From a virus (taxonomy: Duplodnaviria > Caudoviricetes): a stretch of DNA of 42,161 bases. The stretch spans positions 1 to 42,161 of IMG/VR virus record IMGVR_UViG_3300028585_000518. The stretch is one strand, 5' to 3'. Below are positions 1 to 7,683 of the stretch, piece by piece. The notes under the pieces were generated by a model. It saw nothing but the letters and a program-made list of their open reading frames with translations, was not told where the DNA came from and did not search any database. The position numbers were made by a program, and so were the translations under genes. Position 1 is the stretch's first letter. Each line of letters begins with the position of its first letter.

Positions 1-2460
1 ATGGACCTGTTCAAAGAGCAACAAGAGATCGAAGCCCGCATGGCCGACCGTGGGATCGAGCGGTATAATCGCCTCGCCCAAGCGGCCAAAGAGAACGGGG
101 ACGCAACGAGCTCCAAAGGGGTCCAGACGGTCCTCGACTCCGCTATCGTCGGCGTTGCCGAAGCCATCGACGCCTTCAAGGCAGAGGCCACCACGGGCAA
201 GGCTGGACGCCGCCACACCGCGATCAAGCGCCTCGGTGGGATCGACACGACCGAAGCCGCGTTCGTGGCCCTCCGCATCGCCCTCGACTCGATGGCAAAG
301 TCCCTGCCCGTCACCCCCATTGCGCTCGCCATCGGCAACGCTCTGGAGCTGGAGGCGCGGATGAACGCCATCGCAGAGGAGCACCCGAAGTATGTCAAGA
401 AGCTCATGGAAGACCTTGACAGCCGGACCCGGAACGTGGGCCACCGCCGCGCGGTCCTCGCCAAGGTCCTCCGGGAGAAGGAGGAGAAGTGGAACCCGTG
501 GGGGAAGAAAGACAACCTCCAGACCGGGCTCAAGCTGATCGAGCTGATCGTCTCTGCGACGGGCCTCTTTGAGGTTCGGCTCGACCGGGACGGCAAGACC
601 CAGATCGCGGTCCTCGCGCCCACCGAACGGTTCAAGGCGTGGCTGCACTCCTTGGACACCCGGTTCGCCCTGATGGCCCCCGAGCATCTCCCCTGTGTGA
701 TCCCTCCGAAGGACTGGACGGACAACACCACGGGCGGCTACCACACGGACGCTCTGGCATACCCCCCGACCCTCGTGAAGACCTCCAGCAAGGCCCACAA
801 GATGGTCCTCAAGCGGGCGAACCTCTCGAAGGTCTTCTCTGCGGTCAACGCGATCCAGCGGACCCCTTGGGCGATCAACAACCGGGTCCTCGACGTGGCC
901 CGTGTCCTGATCGAGGCCGGACGCCCGGTCGCCAAGCTGCCGGACATGGAGAACACGCCCCTACCCGCCCGCCCGGTCAACATCGACACCGACGAGGAGG
1001 CCCTCAAGGGGTGGAAGCGTGAAGCTGCGCGAACCTACGAAGGCAACCGCAAGCTCGCGGGTCGCCGGGTCGGGGTCCTCAAGACGCTGGAGATCGCCAA
1101 AGAGTTCGCACACTACGACGCGATCTACTTCCCTCACCAACTGGACTTCCGGGGCCGGGTCTATCCGATCCCGCAAGGTCTGAACCCGCAAGGCAACGAC
1201 CTGACCAAGGGCCTCCTGCACTTCGCAGAGGGGGACCCGCTGGGGGGCGTGAAGGGTCGCCGCTGGTTCCTGATCCAAGGGGCCAACACCTACGGCGTGG
1301 ACAAGGTGAGCTTCGCGGATCGCGTGAAGTGGGTCGAAGATAACGCGGAGAACATCATCCGCAGCGCAGAGAACCCGCTGGACCATACTTGGTGGCAGAC
1401 TGCGGGCGACCCCTTCTGCTTCCTCGCGTGGGCCTTTGAGTTCTCCGACTGGACGGCCTCGGGCTGCTCCGATGACTTCGTGTCCCGGATCGCCGTGGCG
1501 ATGGATGGTTCCTGCAACGGGCTCCAGCACTACTCGGCCATGCTGCGCGACCCGCGCGGTGGGGCTGCCACCAACCTGCTGCCCTCGGACACCCCGCAGG
1601 ACATTTATGGGGAGGTGGCAAAGGTTGCCCAGAAGCGCCTCGACCGGGACCCCGCAGAGGTCAAGAAGGACGCCAAGAAGGAGGAACAGGAGAATGCAAT
1701 CTCGGATGCCGTCTTCCACGTCGCATGGCGGGGCTACGGCCTCACCCGTGCGGAGACGAAGCGCCCGGTCATGGTCCTGCCCTACGGCGGCACCCAACGA
1801 TCCTGCCTCGACTATGTGTATGAGGCTGTGAAGGATCGCGGCGGCTACCCGTTCACGGACGAACAGCTCCACAAGGCAACCGTCTACCTTGGTGGCGTCG
1901 TGTGGAAGTCCATCAACGAAGTCGTCACGTCCGCCACGCTGGCGATGGGGTGGCTCAAGGCGGTCGCATCGGCAGTCTCGAAGGAGAACCTCCCGATCAT
2001 CTGGACAACGCCCGTGGGGTTCCCCGTGGTGCAAGCCTACCCCCAGATGGACTCCACGCGGATCGAGTGCCTCCTCTTCGGGGACCGCTTCGTGCCCCGC
2101 ATGGACGTTGCCAGCGAGACGGAGATCGACAAGCGGCGTCAGGCTAACGGCGTGGCCCCTAACTTCGTCCACTCGATGGACGCCTCTGCGCTGATGGCAA
2201 CGGTCAACCACGCGGCAGAACAGGGCGTCACCAAGTTCGCCATGATCCACGACAGCTACGGCACCACGGCGGGCCAGACAGCAATCCTCGCGGAGTCTCT
2301 GCGGGAGGCGTTCGTGTCCATGTATGAGGAGAATGACGTGCTCGCCAACTTCCTCCAAGAGGTGGTCCCTGCGGGCATCCGAGACTCCATCCCCACGGCA
2401 CCTTTCGTCGGTGGGCTGGACCTGCAAAGCGTGAAGGAATCTCTTTATTTCTTTGCCTAA
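1..2460 (+). CDS. Single-subunit T7-like phage RNA polymerase (gp1)
   Basis: Motifs DFRGRVYP, DGSCNGLQH, KRPVMVLPYG, PNFVHSMDA, IHDSYGT and C-terminal YFFA. Confidence 0.99.
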   Translation: MDLFKEQQEIEARMADRGIERYNRLAQAAKENGDATSSKGVQTVLDSAIVGVAEAIDAFKAEATTGKAGRRHTAIKRLGGIDTTEAAFVALRIALDSMAKSLPVTPIALAIGNALELEARMNAIAEEHPKYVKKLMEDLDSRTRNVGHRRAVLAKVLREKEEKWNPWGKKDNLQTGLKLIELIVSATGLFEVRLDRDGKTQIAVLAPTERFKAWLHSLDTRFALMAPEHLPCVIPPKDWTDNTTGGYHTDALAYPPTLVKTSSKAHKMVLKRANLSKVFSAVNAIQRTPWAINNRVLDVARVLIEAGRPVAKLPDMENTPLPARPVNIDTDEEALKGWKREAARTYEGNRKLAGRRVGVLKTLEIAKEFAHYDAIYFPHQLDFRGRVYPIPQGLNPQGNDLTKGLLHFAEGDPLGGVKGRRWFLIQGANTYGVDKVSFADRVKWVEDNAENIIRSAENPLDHTWWQTAGDPFCFLAWAFEFSDWTASGCSDDFVSRIAVAMDGSCNGLQHYSAMLRDPRGGAATNLLPSDTPQDIYGEVAKVAQKRLDRDPAEVKKDAKKEEQENAISDAVFHVAWRGYGLTRAETKRPVMVLPYGGTQRSCLDYVYEAVKDRGGYPFTDEQLHKATVYLGGVVWKSINEVVTSATLAMGWLKAVASAVSKENLPIIWTTPVGFPVVQAYPQMDSTRIECLLFGDRFVPRMDVASETEIDKRRQANGVAPNFVHSMDASALMATVNHAAEQGVTKFAMIHDSYGTTAGQTAILAESLREAFVSMYEENDVLANFLQEVVPAGIRDSIPTAPFVGGLDLQSVKESLYFFA

Positions 2461-2464
2461 TTCG

Positions 2465-2478
2465 TCCCGCTACCGGGA
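2465..2478. promoter_or_regulatory. Operator-like palindrome copy (TCCCGCTACCGGGA) abutting the phage promoter
   Basis: One mismatch from the perfect palindrome TCCCGCTAGCGGGA; one of 7 copies. Confidence 0.75.
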
Positions 2479-2495
2479 TTACCCCACCGTTTAGG
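2478..2495 (+). promoter_or_regulatory. Phage RNAP promoter, copy 1 (middle genes), predicted +1 G2494
   Basis: ATTACCCCACCGTTTAGG recurs 5 times, intergenic or at a gene end, with T7/T3-like -17..+2 geometry. Confidence 0.9.
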
Positions 2496-2529
2496 TCAAT
2501 TCACAATTCAAATCTCAATGAGGTTCCCA

Positions 2530-2706
2530 ATGGCTCACACCAAGCCTAACGTCTCCATCCGCTTCGGCGCATCCAGCGATGACATTGCCGTGGATGGCAA
2601 GACCTTCACCCGCCACAAGCTGACCCGCTCGGAGCAAGGCTTCCTGCGCGGCGTCATCATCGGCGCTCTGACCAAGGCGGACTACTTCTCGAAAGAGGCC
2701 CGCTGA
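2530..2706 (+). CDS. Hypothetical protein
   Basis: GAGGT RBS before ATG 2530; first ORF after promoter. Confidence 0.75.
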   Translation: MAHTKPNVSIRFGASSDDIAVDGKTFTRHKLTRSEQGFLRGVIIGALTKADYFSKEAR

Positions 2707-2873
2707 TGCTCGCAGCCGTCTTCGTCCTCATCCTGTTCGCCGGAGAAACGGGCATCGCCACGGCGGAGTTCAAAGACCGCGCCGCCTGTGAGGCAGCCCG
2801 AGTCGCCTACAAAGAGCTCGTCCCCTTCGGATATGCCGGGCGTTCTGCCTGTGTCCCGACCCGGACCGAGTGA
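2706..2873 (+). CDS. Small protein, 55 aa, hydrophobic N-terminus and two Cys
   Basis: Translated by hand (MLAAVFVLILFAGETG...); TGATG coupling at both ends. Confidence 0.6.
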   Translation: MLAAVFVLILFAGETGIATAEFKDRAACEAARVAYKELVPFGYAGRSACVPTRTE

Positions 2874-2956
2874 TGCCCCGCTTCACCCCCGACTGGCTCC
2901 TTTCCCTGCAACTCGACGTAGCGGCCCTTGGGCTGCGCTGGAGACACCGCAAATGA
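2873..2956 (+). CDS. Possible 27-aa microprotein
   Basis: Coupled by TGATG upstream and ATGA downstream. Confidence 0.35.
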   Translation: MPRFTPDWLLSLQLDVAALGLRWRHRK

Positions 2957-3210
2957 ACCGCGACAAGCTGAATCACATCGGGCCCGAAGAGACGGCCCAA
3001 GCCGCCCTCGACGTGCTGGATCGGGTCAACGACCTGAACCCAGAGGTCCAACCTGCCGCTGTGGCAATGGTCCTGATCGCCTTCGCCCGGCGCACCGGGA
3101 CGGACGTGGGGGACCTGTTCACGGTCGCCAACAATATCCTCGGATCGAACTGGGCTGACGGCCCGGCGTTCCGCGCCATCCACCTCTACATGAAACACGA
3201 GATCGTCTGA
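2953..3210 (+). CDS. Hypothetical protein (85 aa)
   Basis: GGAG RBS, ATG 2953 within the 2788..3210 frame. Confidence 0.75.
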   Translation: MNRDKLNHIGPEETAQAALDVLDRVNDLNPEVQPAAVAMVLIAFARRTGTDVGDLFTVANNILGSNWADGPAFRAIHLYMKHEIV

Positions 3211-3226
3211 ACGCTTGTTCAGATCG

Positions 3227-3240
3227 TCCCGCTAGCGAGA
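3227..3240. promoter_or_regulatory. Operator-like palindrome copy (TCCCGCTAGCGAGA)
   Basis: Intergenic, preceded by ATCG as in other copies. Confidence 0.7.
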
Positions 3241-3248
3241 TCATCATC

Positions 3249-3389
3249 ATGACCGGACGCGACCCCCAACTGACCGAAGCAATCATCATCTGGCGCTCCG
3301 GTCGCCTCGTTCCCTCCGACCTTTGGGCGACCCTCGCGGCGCGTGGCTACAACATGGCCCGCCTCGAAGCCCAGCACTTCGACTTCTGA
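3249..3389 (+). CDS. Small hypothetical protein (46 aa)
   Basis: Translated by hand (MTGRDPQLTEAIIIWRSG...); fills the gap before SSB. Confidence 0.6.
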   Translation: MTGRDPQLTEAIIIWRSGRLVPSDLWATLAARGYNMARLEAQHFDF

Positions 3390-3407
3390 AATCCAAAAGG
3401 AAAACAA

Positions 3408-4136
3408 ATGGCTGCACGTCAAAAGAACCCCGACCAACTGAAAATGACCGCCCCGCGCGGCGTCCTGAAATACCCGAAGCTGAACGAGCCGGACCACGGC
3501 ACTGACGCCTTTCCGTGCTCCCACGCTTGGGGCGACTACAAAACGCGGCTGATCCTCGACCGCTCTGACAAGGGCGTCGAAGCCTTCCTCGCCAAGCTGG
3601 ACAAGCATCTGGCCCGTTCGCTGGAGCTGGCCGAAGAGGCGTTCAAAGAGCTGCCCGTGAAGCGCCGCAAGGAGCTCGAAGCAGACGGTGGCATCCGCGC
3701 CGACGCGCCCTACTCGGTCATCTATGACGAGGAAACCGAAGAGGACACCGGGAAGGTCGAGCTGAACTTCAAGATGCGGGCTGGTGGCGAGCGCAAGAAA
3801 GACGGCAAGGAATGGACGGCGAAGCCGGACCTGTTCGACGCCAAGCTCAAGCCGCTGGGCAAGAAAACCGCCGTGTGGTCTGGTTCGACCGCGATCATCG
3901 TCTTCGAGTCCACGCCCTACTTCATGCCGGGCACGGGCAAATACGGCATCACCCGCCGCCTGAACGCCGCCCAGATCGTGGAGCTCGTCTCTGCTGGCGG
4001 CAACAAGTCGGCATCGAGCTACGGCTTCGGTGAGCAGGACGGCTATGACAGCTCGCAAGACGCTGACGAGGACGACGCCCGCGAAGAGGACGGCGACACC
4101 TCGGAAGGCGGTGATGAGCCCGAAGTCAACTTCTGA
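3408..4136 (+). CDS. Single-stranded DNA-binding protein (gp2.5-like)
   Basis: YPKLNEPD, RLNAAQIVELV, very acidic tail ending in Phe; lies before endonuclease I. Confidence 0.93.
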   Translation: MAARQKNPDQLKMTAPRGVLKYPKLNEPDHGTDAFPCSHAWGDYKTRLILDRSDKGVEAFLAKLDKHLARSLELAEEAFKELPVKRRKELEADGGIRADAPYSVIYDEETEEDTGKVELNFKMRAGGERKKDGKEWTAKPDLFDAKLKPLGKKTAVWSGSTAIIVFESTPYFMPGTGKYGITRRLNAAQIVELVSAGGNKSASSYGFGEQDGYDSSQDADEDDAREEDGDTSEGGDEPEVNF

Positions 4137-4642
4137 TGCCAGCGAAACCTGTGGGGGCCCGAAAGGCCCCTGCAAGACGACCCCTTGGCGTCCGTGAGCG
4201 GGCCGTAGCAAACGGCTACCGCTCCGGGCTGGAGGACAAGATCGCAGAAGAGCTCGCCCGGAAGGGTCACGAGGTCAACTTCGAGACGATCAAAATCCCC
4301 TTTGTCCAGCCTGTGAAGCCCCGGACATACACCCCCGACTTCGTGCTGCGGAACGGCATCGTCATCGAGACGAAGGGCCGCTTCATGACCGACGACCGCC
4401 AGAAGCATAAGCTGATCGCGGCGCAGCACCCCGACCTCGACATTCGGTTCCTCTTCTCCAATGCCAAGACGAAGCTCTCCAAGGGCTCCCCCACCAGCTA
4501 CGGCGCGTGGTGCGAGCAATACGGCTTCCTCTTCGCGGACAAGGCGATCCCCCAAGAATGGCTCGATGAGGCCCCCTGCGAGAAGCGCATCGCCGCTCTC
4601 GGGGCCGTCGCCAAACCCACCACCAAGAAACCCACCGTCTAG
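4136..4642 (+). CDS. Endonuclease I / Holliday junction resolvase (gp3-like)
   Basis: YRSGLE, YTPDF, IETKGRF, HPDLDIRF, IPQEW motifs. Confidence 0.97.
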   Translation: MPAKPVGARKAPARRPLGVRERAVANGYRSGLEDKIAEELARKGHEVNFETIKIPFVQPVKPRTYTPDFVLRNGIVIETKGRFMTDDRQKHKLIAAQHPDLDIRFLFSNAKTKLSKGSPTSYGAWCEQYGFLFADKAIPQEWLDEAPCEKRIAALGAVAKPTTKKPTV

Positions 4643-4646
4643 CGAC

Positions 4647-4667
4647 AGGCCCTTCGGGGCCTTTTTT
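4647..4667 (+). terminator. Intrinsic terminator
   Basis: AGGCCC-TTCG-GGGCCT followed by a T-run. Confidence 0.85.
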
Positions 4668-4689
4668 CGCATCCTCGAAAGGAAATCAG

Positions 4690-4938
4690 ATGACGCACAA
4701 ACCGTTCACTCGGGTCAACAGCAAGAGCATGAAGACCCTGCTGCGTGAGCACCTCAAGAAGGGGCGCTCCATCAGCAACGTCGAGGCGCAAGCCCTGTGG
4801 CGCTGCCGGGCGCTCCCTAAGCGCATCCACGAGCTGACCCTCGAAGGCATGAAGATCGACCGGGAACGCTGCACGGACACGACCGGGCAATCCTACGTCC
4901 GCTACCGCTGGACCGATTACGACGCCGGGGACCGCTGA
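4690..4938 (+). CDS. Winged helix-turn-helix protein (HTH_39-like)
   Basis: HL..GRSIS..EA..LW.C..LP.RI.EL...G..I pattern; AAGGA RBS. Confidence 0.7.
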   Translation: MTHKPFTRVNSKSMKTLLREHLKKGRSISNVEAQALWRCRALPKRIHELTLEGMKIDRERCTDTTGQSYVRYRWTDYDAGDR

Positions 4939-5045
4939 TGAGCGCCCTGATCTGGATCGGCGTCGTCGCCTACTTTGCCATCCACATCGCCGTCTTTGGC
5001 TTCGGCGCACTGTGGCTCTGGTCGGCAATCAGGAGCCTCCGCTGA
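4938..5045 (+). CDS. 35-aa membrane microprotein
   Basis: MSALIWIGVVAYFAIHIAVFGFGALWLWSAIRSLR; TGATG coupling. Confidence 0.55.
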   Translation: MSALIWIGVVAYFAIHIAVFGFGALWLWSAIRSLR

Positions 5046-5113
5046 TGAGCGCCCTCCTCCTCACCGCCTTCATCCTCTTCTCCCCCATTTTCCCCAAGGA
5101 ACCTCGCAAATGA
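5045..5113 (+). CDS. Possible 22-aa microprotein
   Basis: MSALLLTAFILFSPIFPKEPRK; coupled at both ends. Confidence 0.35.
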   Translation: MSALLLTAFILFSPIFPKEPRK

Positions 5114-5361
5114 AAACCCTGATCCTGTCCGCCGTCACCGCCATCCGCACCCGTCTTGGTCTGGTCCCGACCATCGAGTCGGCCACCGCTGGCATCGCCA
5201 AGGCAGTCGCCCAACTGGACGCCGTTCTGATCCGTGAAGAGGCCGAAGTCGAAGCCGCCCGTCTGGCGATGGAAGCCGCCCGCGTCCGCACCGTGAACGC
5301 CATCGGCGCAGCCGACAAGGCAGAGCGCATCCGCATCCGTCTCGCGGCCTTGGTGGAGTGA
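5110..5361 (+). CDS. Hypothetical Ala-rich helical protein
   Basis: AAGGA RBS, ATG 5110. Confidence 0.7.
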   Translation: MKTLILSAVTAIRTRLGLVPTIESATAGIAKAVAQLDAVLIREEAEVEAARLAMEAARVRTVNAIGAADKAERIRIRLAALVE

Positions 5362-5365
5362 GCGC

Positions 5366-5431
5366 ATGATCGCCATCCTCGTCGTCTTCCTGTGCGTCGT
5401 GGCAATCTGCCTGTGCCTCAAGAACGAGTGA
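5366..5431 (+). CDS. Possible 21-aa hydrophobic microprotein
   Basis: GGAG RBS; MIAILVVFLCVVAICLCLKNE; GTGA overlap with next gene. Confidence 0.4.
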   Translation: MIAILVVFLCVVAICLCLKNE

Positions 5432-5850
5432 CCCCGAGCTACCCCGAGCTGGACCTCCAAGGCATCGACTTGGTTCTGGTTCGGGGAGCCCAAGGTTCCG
5501 GCAAGTCCACCTTCGCCCGGCATCTTGTTGACACCCACGGGTTCCTCCTGCTGGAGCCCGACGAGTTCTACCACGCGGGTCCCCACTACTTCTGGGACCG
5601 GGCATGGCTGGCAATCGCCCACCAGTGGAACCGCTGGCGGACCCTCAAGGCCCTCGAAGCGGGGCTCAAGGTGGTCGTCGCGGAGACGTTCTACGAGGCG
5701 CGGTTCCTGCACCCCTACGTTGCGATGACGCCCCACCACGCGGTCTACCAAATGACCGGGCGCTTCGAGAACGTCCACAACGTCCCAGCCGAGACAGTCG
5801 AGCGCGTCCGCGCGTCGATGGAGGCATACCCCGGAGAGATCATCCTGTGA
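5428..5850 (+). CDS. P-loop NTPase / polynucleotide-kinase-like (AAA_33-like) protein
   Basis: LVLVRGAQGSGKST Walker A and C-terminal HNVP motif. Confidence 0.8.
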   Translation: MTPSYPELDLQGIDLVLVRGAQGSGKSTFARHLVDTHGFLLLEPDEFYHAGPHYFWDRAWLAIAHQWNRWRTLKALEAGLKVVVAETFYEARFLHPYVAMTPHHAVYQMTGRFENVHNVPAETVERVRASMEAYPGEIIL

Positions 5851-7529
5851 GCGAAGAGGACAGCGCGTTCCTTCACAAGGGGCCGTGTCCGAGCCCCAAG
5901 TGCGGCTCTTCGGACGGCTTCGCCACCTACTCTGACGGCCACGGCTATTGCTTCGTGTGCCGTCATTACGTCCCCGGCGAGGGCGATGACCAACCCCCAA
6001 GAGAAAGGAAGCAAGTGAGCGCAGACCTTATGCCCATTGGCGAGATCGGGGCCATCCCCGCGCGTGGGCTGACCGAGGAAACCTGCCGCAAGTGGAGCTA
6101 CAGCACGTCCTCCATGCGTGGCAAAGGATGCCAGATCGCCAACTACCGCGACACCTCGGGCCAGATCGTCGGCCAGAAGGTGCGCTTCAAGAACAAAGAG
6201 TTCCTCTTCCTCGGTGACGCCAAAGAGGCGGGCCTCTACGGGCAACACCTATGGCGTGACGGCGGCAAGCGTGTCGTCATCACGGAAGGCGAGATTGACG
6301 CCATGTCAGTCAGCCAAGTTCAGGGGAACAAGTGGCCTGTAGTGTCGCTCCCATCGGGCGCACAAGCGGCCAAGAAGGCCCTGTCGCGGGAAATCCAATG
6401 GCTCCTCGGGTTTGAGGAGATCGTCCTCATGTTCGACGCCGACGAGGCCGGACAGGACGCCATCAAAGAGTGCGTGGGGCTGTTCCCGGCGGGCCGCTGC
6501 AAGATCGCCAAGATCGACGGCTACAAGGACGCCAACGAGGCGCTTCTGGACCGCAAGGGCGACAAGATCGTGGACGCCATCTTCGGTGCCAAGGTCTACC
6601 GCCCGGACGGGATCGTGACCATTGCGGACGTGAAGAGCGCCGCCATGACCTCGACCAAGATGGGGCTGCCTTGGTTCGCCAAGCACCTCAATCACGAGCT
6701 CTATGGCCGACGCATCCACGAGATCATCGGCATCGGGGCGGGCACTGGGGTCGGCAAGACCGAGCTCATCGCCAAGCAAATCCACTTTGACCTCACAGCT
6801 CTGAACGAGCCCGTGGGGGTTTTCCTGTTGGAGCAACAGCCCGAGGACACCGTTCGACGGCTCGCCTCGACCCACGCTGGAAAGCAATTCCACGTCCCAA
6901 ACCGGGATGAAGAGAACCCCCTGTGGACCACCGAGGAGCTCGCAGAGGCCATCGGCGCAATCGAGCACCACAAGCTGTTCCTCTACGACAGCTTCGGGGC
7001 CACCGACTGGGAGGTCATCAAGACCACGATCCGGTTCCTCTCGCACAGCGAAGGGGTCCAGCTCTTCTACATCGACCACCTGACCGCCCTCGCGGCGATG
7101 GAGGACGACGAACGGAAGGGTCTGGAGCGGATCATGGCCGAGATGGGCGCACTGGTCCAAGAGCTGCCGATCACCATCCACCTCGTCTCCCACCTAGCGA
7201 CCCCTGACGGGACCCCGCACGAGGAAGGCGGGCGCGTGATGATCCGGCACTTCAAGGGCTCCCGATCCATCGGCTTCTGGTGCCCGACAATGCTGGGGCT
7301 GGAGCGCGATCAACAGCACGAAAACCCGGACGTTCGACGCACCGTCACCGTTCGCATCCTCAAACATCGCCCTGTCGGGGCCGCAACGGGGAACTGCGTC
7401 TGGCTCCGTTATGAGCCGGACACGGGACTCTACACGGAGCTTGACAGCGACCCCTCCAAAGAAAGCAACAATGACGCAGAAAGCTACGGGTTCACCCCGC
7501 AAGAGACGACCGGAGAGCCGAACTTCTAA
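5847..7529 (+). CDS. Primase-helicase (gp4-like)
   Basis: Zn finger (CPSPKC...CFVC), TOPRIM ITEGEIDAMS, Walker A GTGVGKT, IDHL, LVSHL. Confidence 0.98.
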   Translation: MSEEDSAFLHKGPCPSPKCGSSDGFATYSDGHGYCFVCRHYVPGEGDDQPPRERKQVSADLMPIGEIGAIPARGLTEETCRKWSYSTSSMRGKGCQIANYRDTSGQIVGQKVRFKNKEFLFLGDAKEAGLYGQHLWRDGGKRVVITEGEIDAMSVSQVQGNKWPVVSLPSGAQAAKKALSREIQWLLGFEEIVLMFDADEAGQDAIKECVGLFPAGRCKIAKIDGYKDANEALLDRKGDKIVDAIFGAKVYRPDGIVTIADVKSAAMTSTKMGLPWFAKHLNHELYGRRIHEIIGIGAGTGVGKTELIAKQIHFDLTALNEPVGVFLLEQQPEDTVRRLASTHAGKQFHVPNRDEENPLWTTEELAEAIGAIEHHKLFLYDSFGATDWEVIKTTIRFLSHSEGVQLFYIDHLTALAAMEDDERKGLERIMAEMGALVQELPITIHLVSHLATPDGTPHEEGGRVMIRHFKGSRSIGFWCPTMLGLERDQQHENPDVRRTVTVRILKHRPVGAATGNCVWLRYEPDTGLYTELDSDPSKESNNDAESYGFTPQETTGEPNF

Positions 7530-7683
7530 GGACGCTCTTCTGGACCTGATCGAGGGTCTGCCCGATCTGACCAAGGCTCTCCAAACGGGGGGCCTTTCGC
7601 TTGCCATCCTTCGGCAATCCCGCCACCGCCAAGCGGTTGCCATCCGGGACACCTTCGCGGTGATCCAAGGGGGCCGCGCTTGA
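7471..7683 (+). CDS. Hypothetical protein; start uncertain, overlaps the helicase 3' end
   Basis: Open frame fills the helicase-polymerase gap and overlaps the polymerase start. Confidence 0.45.
   Translation: MTQKATGSPRKRRPESRTSKDALLDLIEGLPDLTKALQTGGLSLAILRQSRHRQAVAIRDTFAVIQGGRA

Noticed and set aside
4934-5050. CTGATGA occurrences at 4935 and 5042 (also 19689) as hammerhead cores
   Set aside because: They are TGATG stop/start overlaps with no stem II-GAAA downstream
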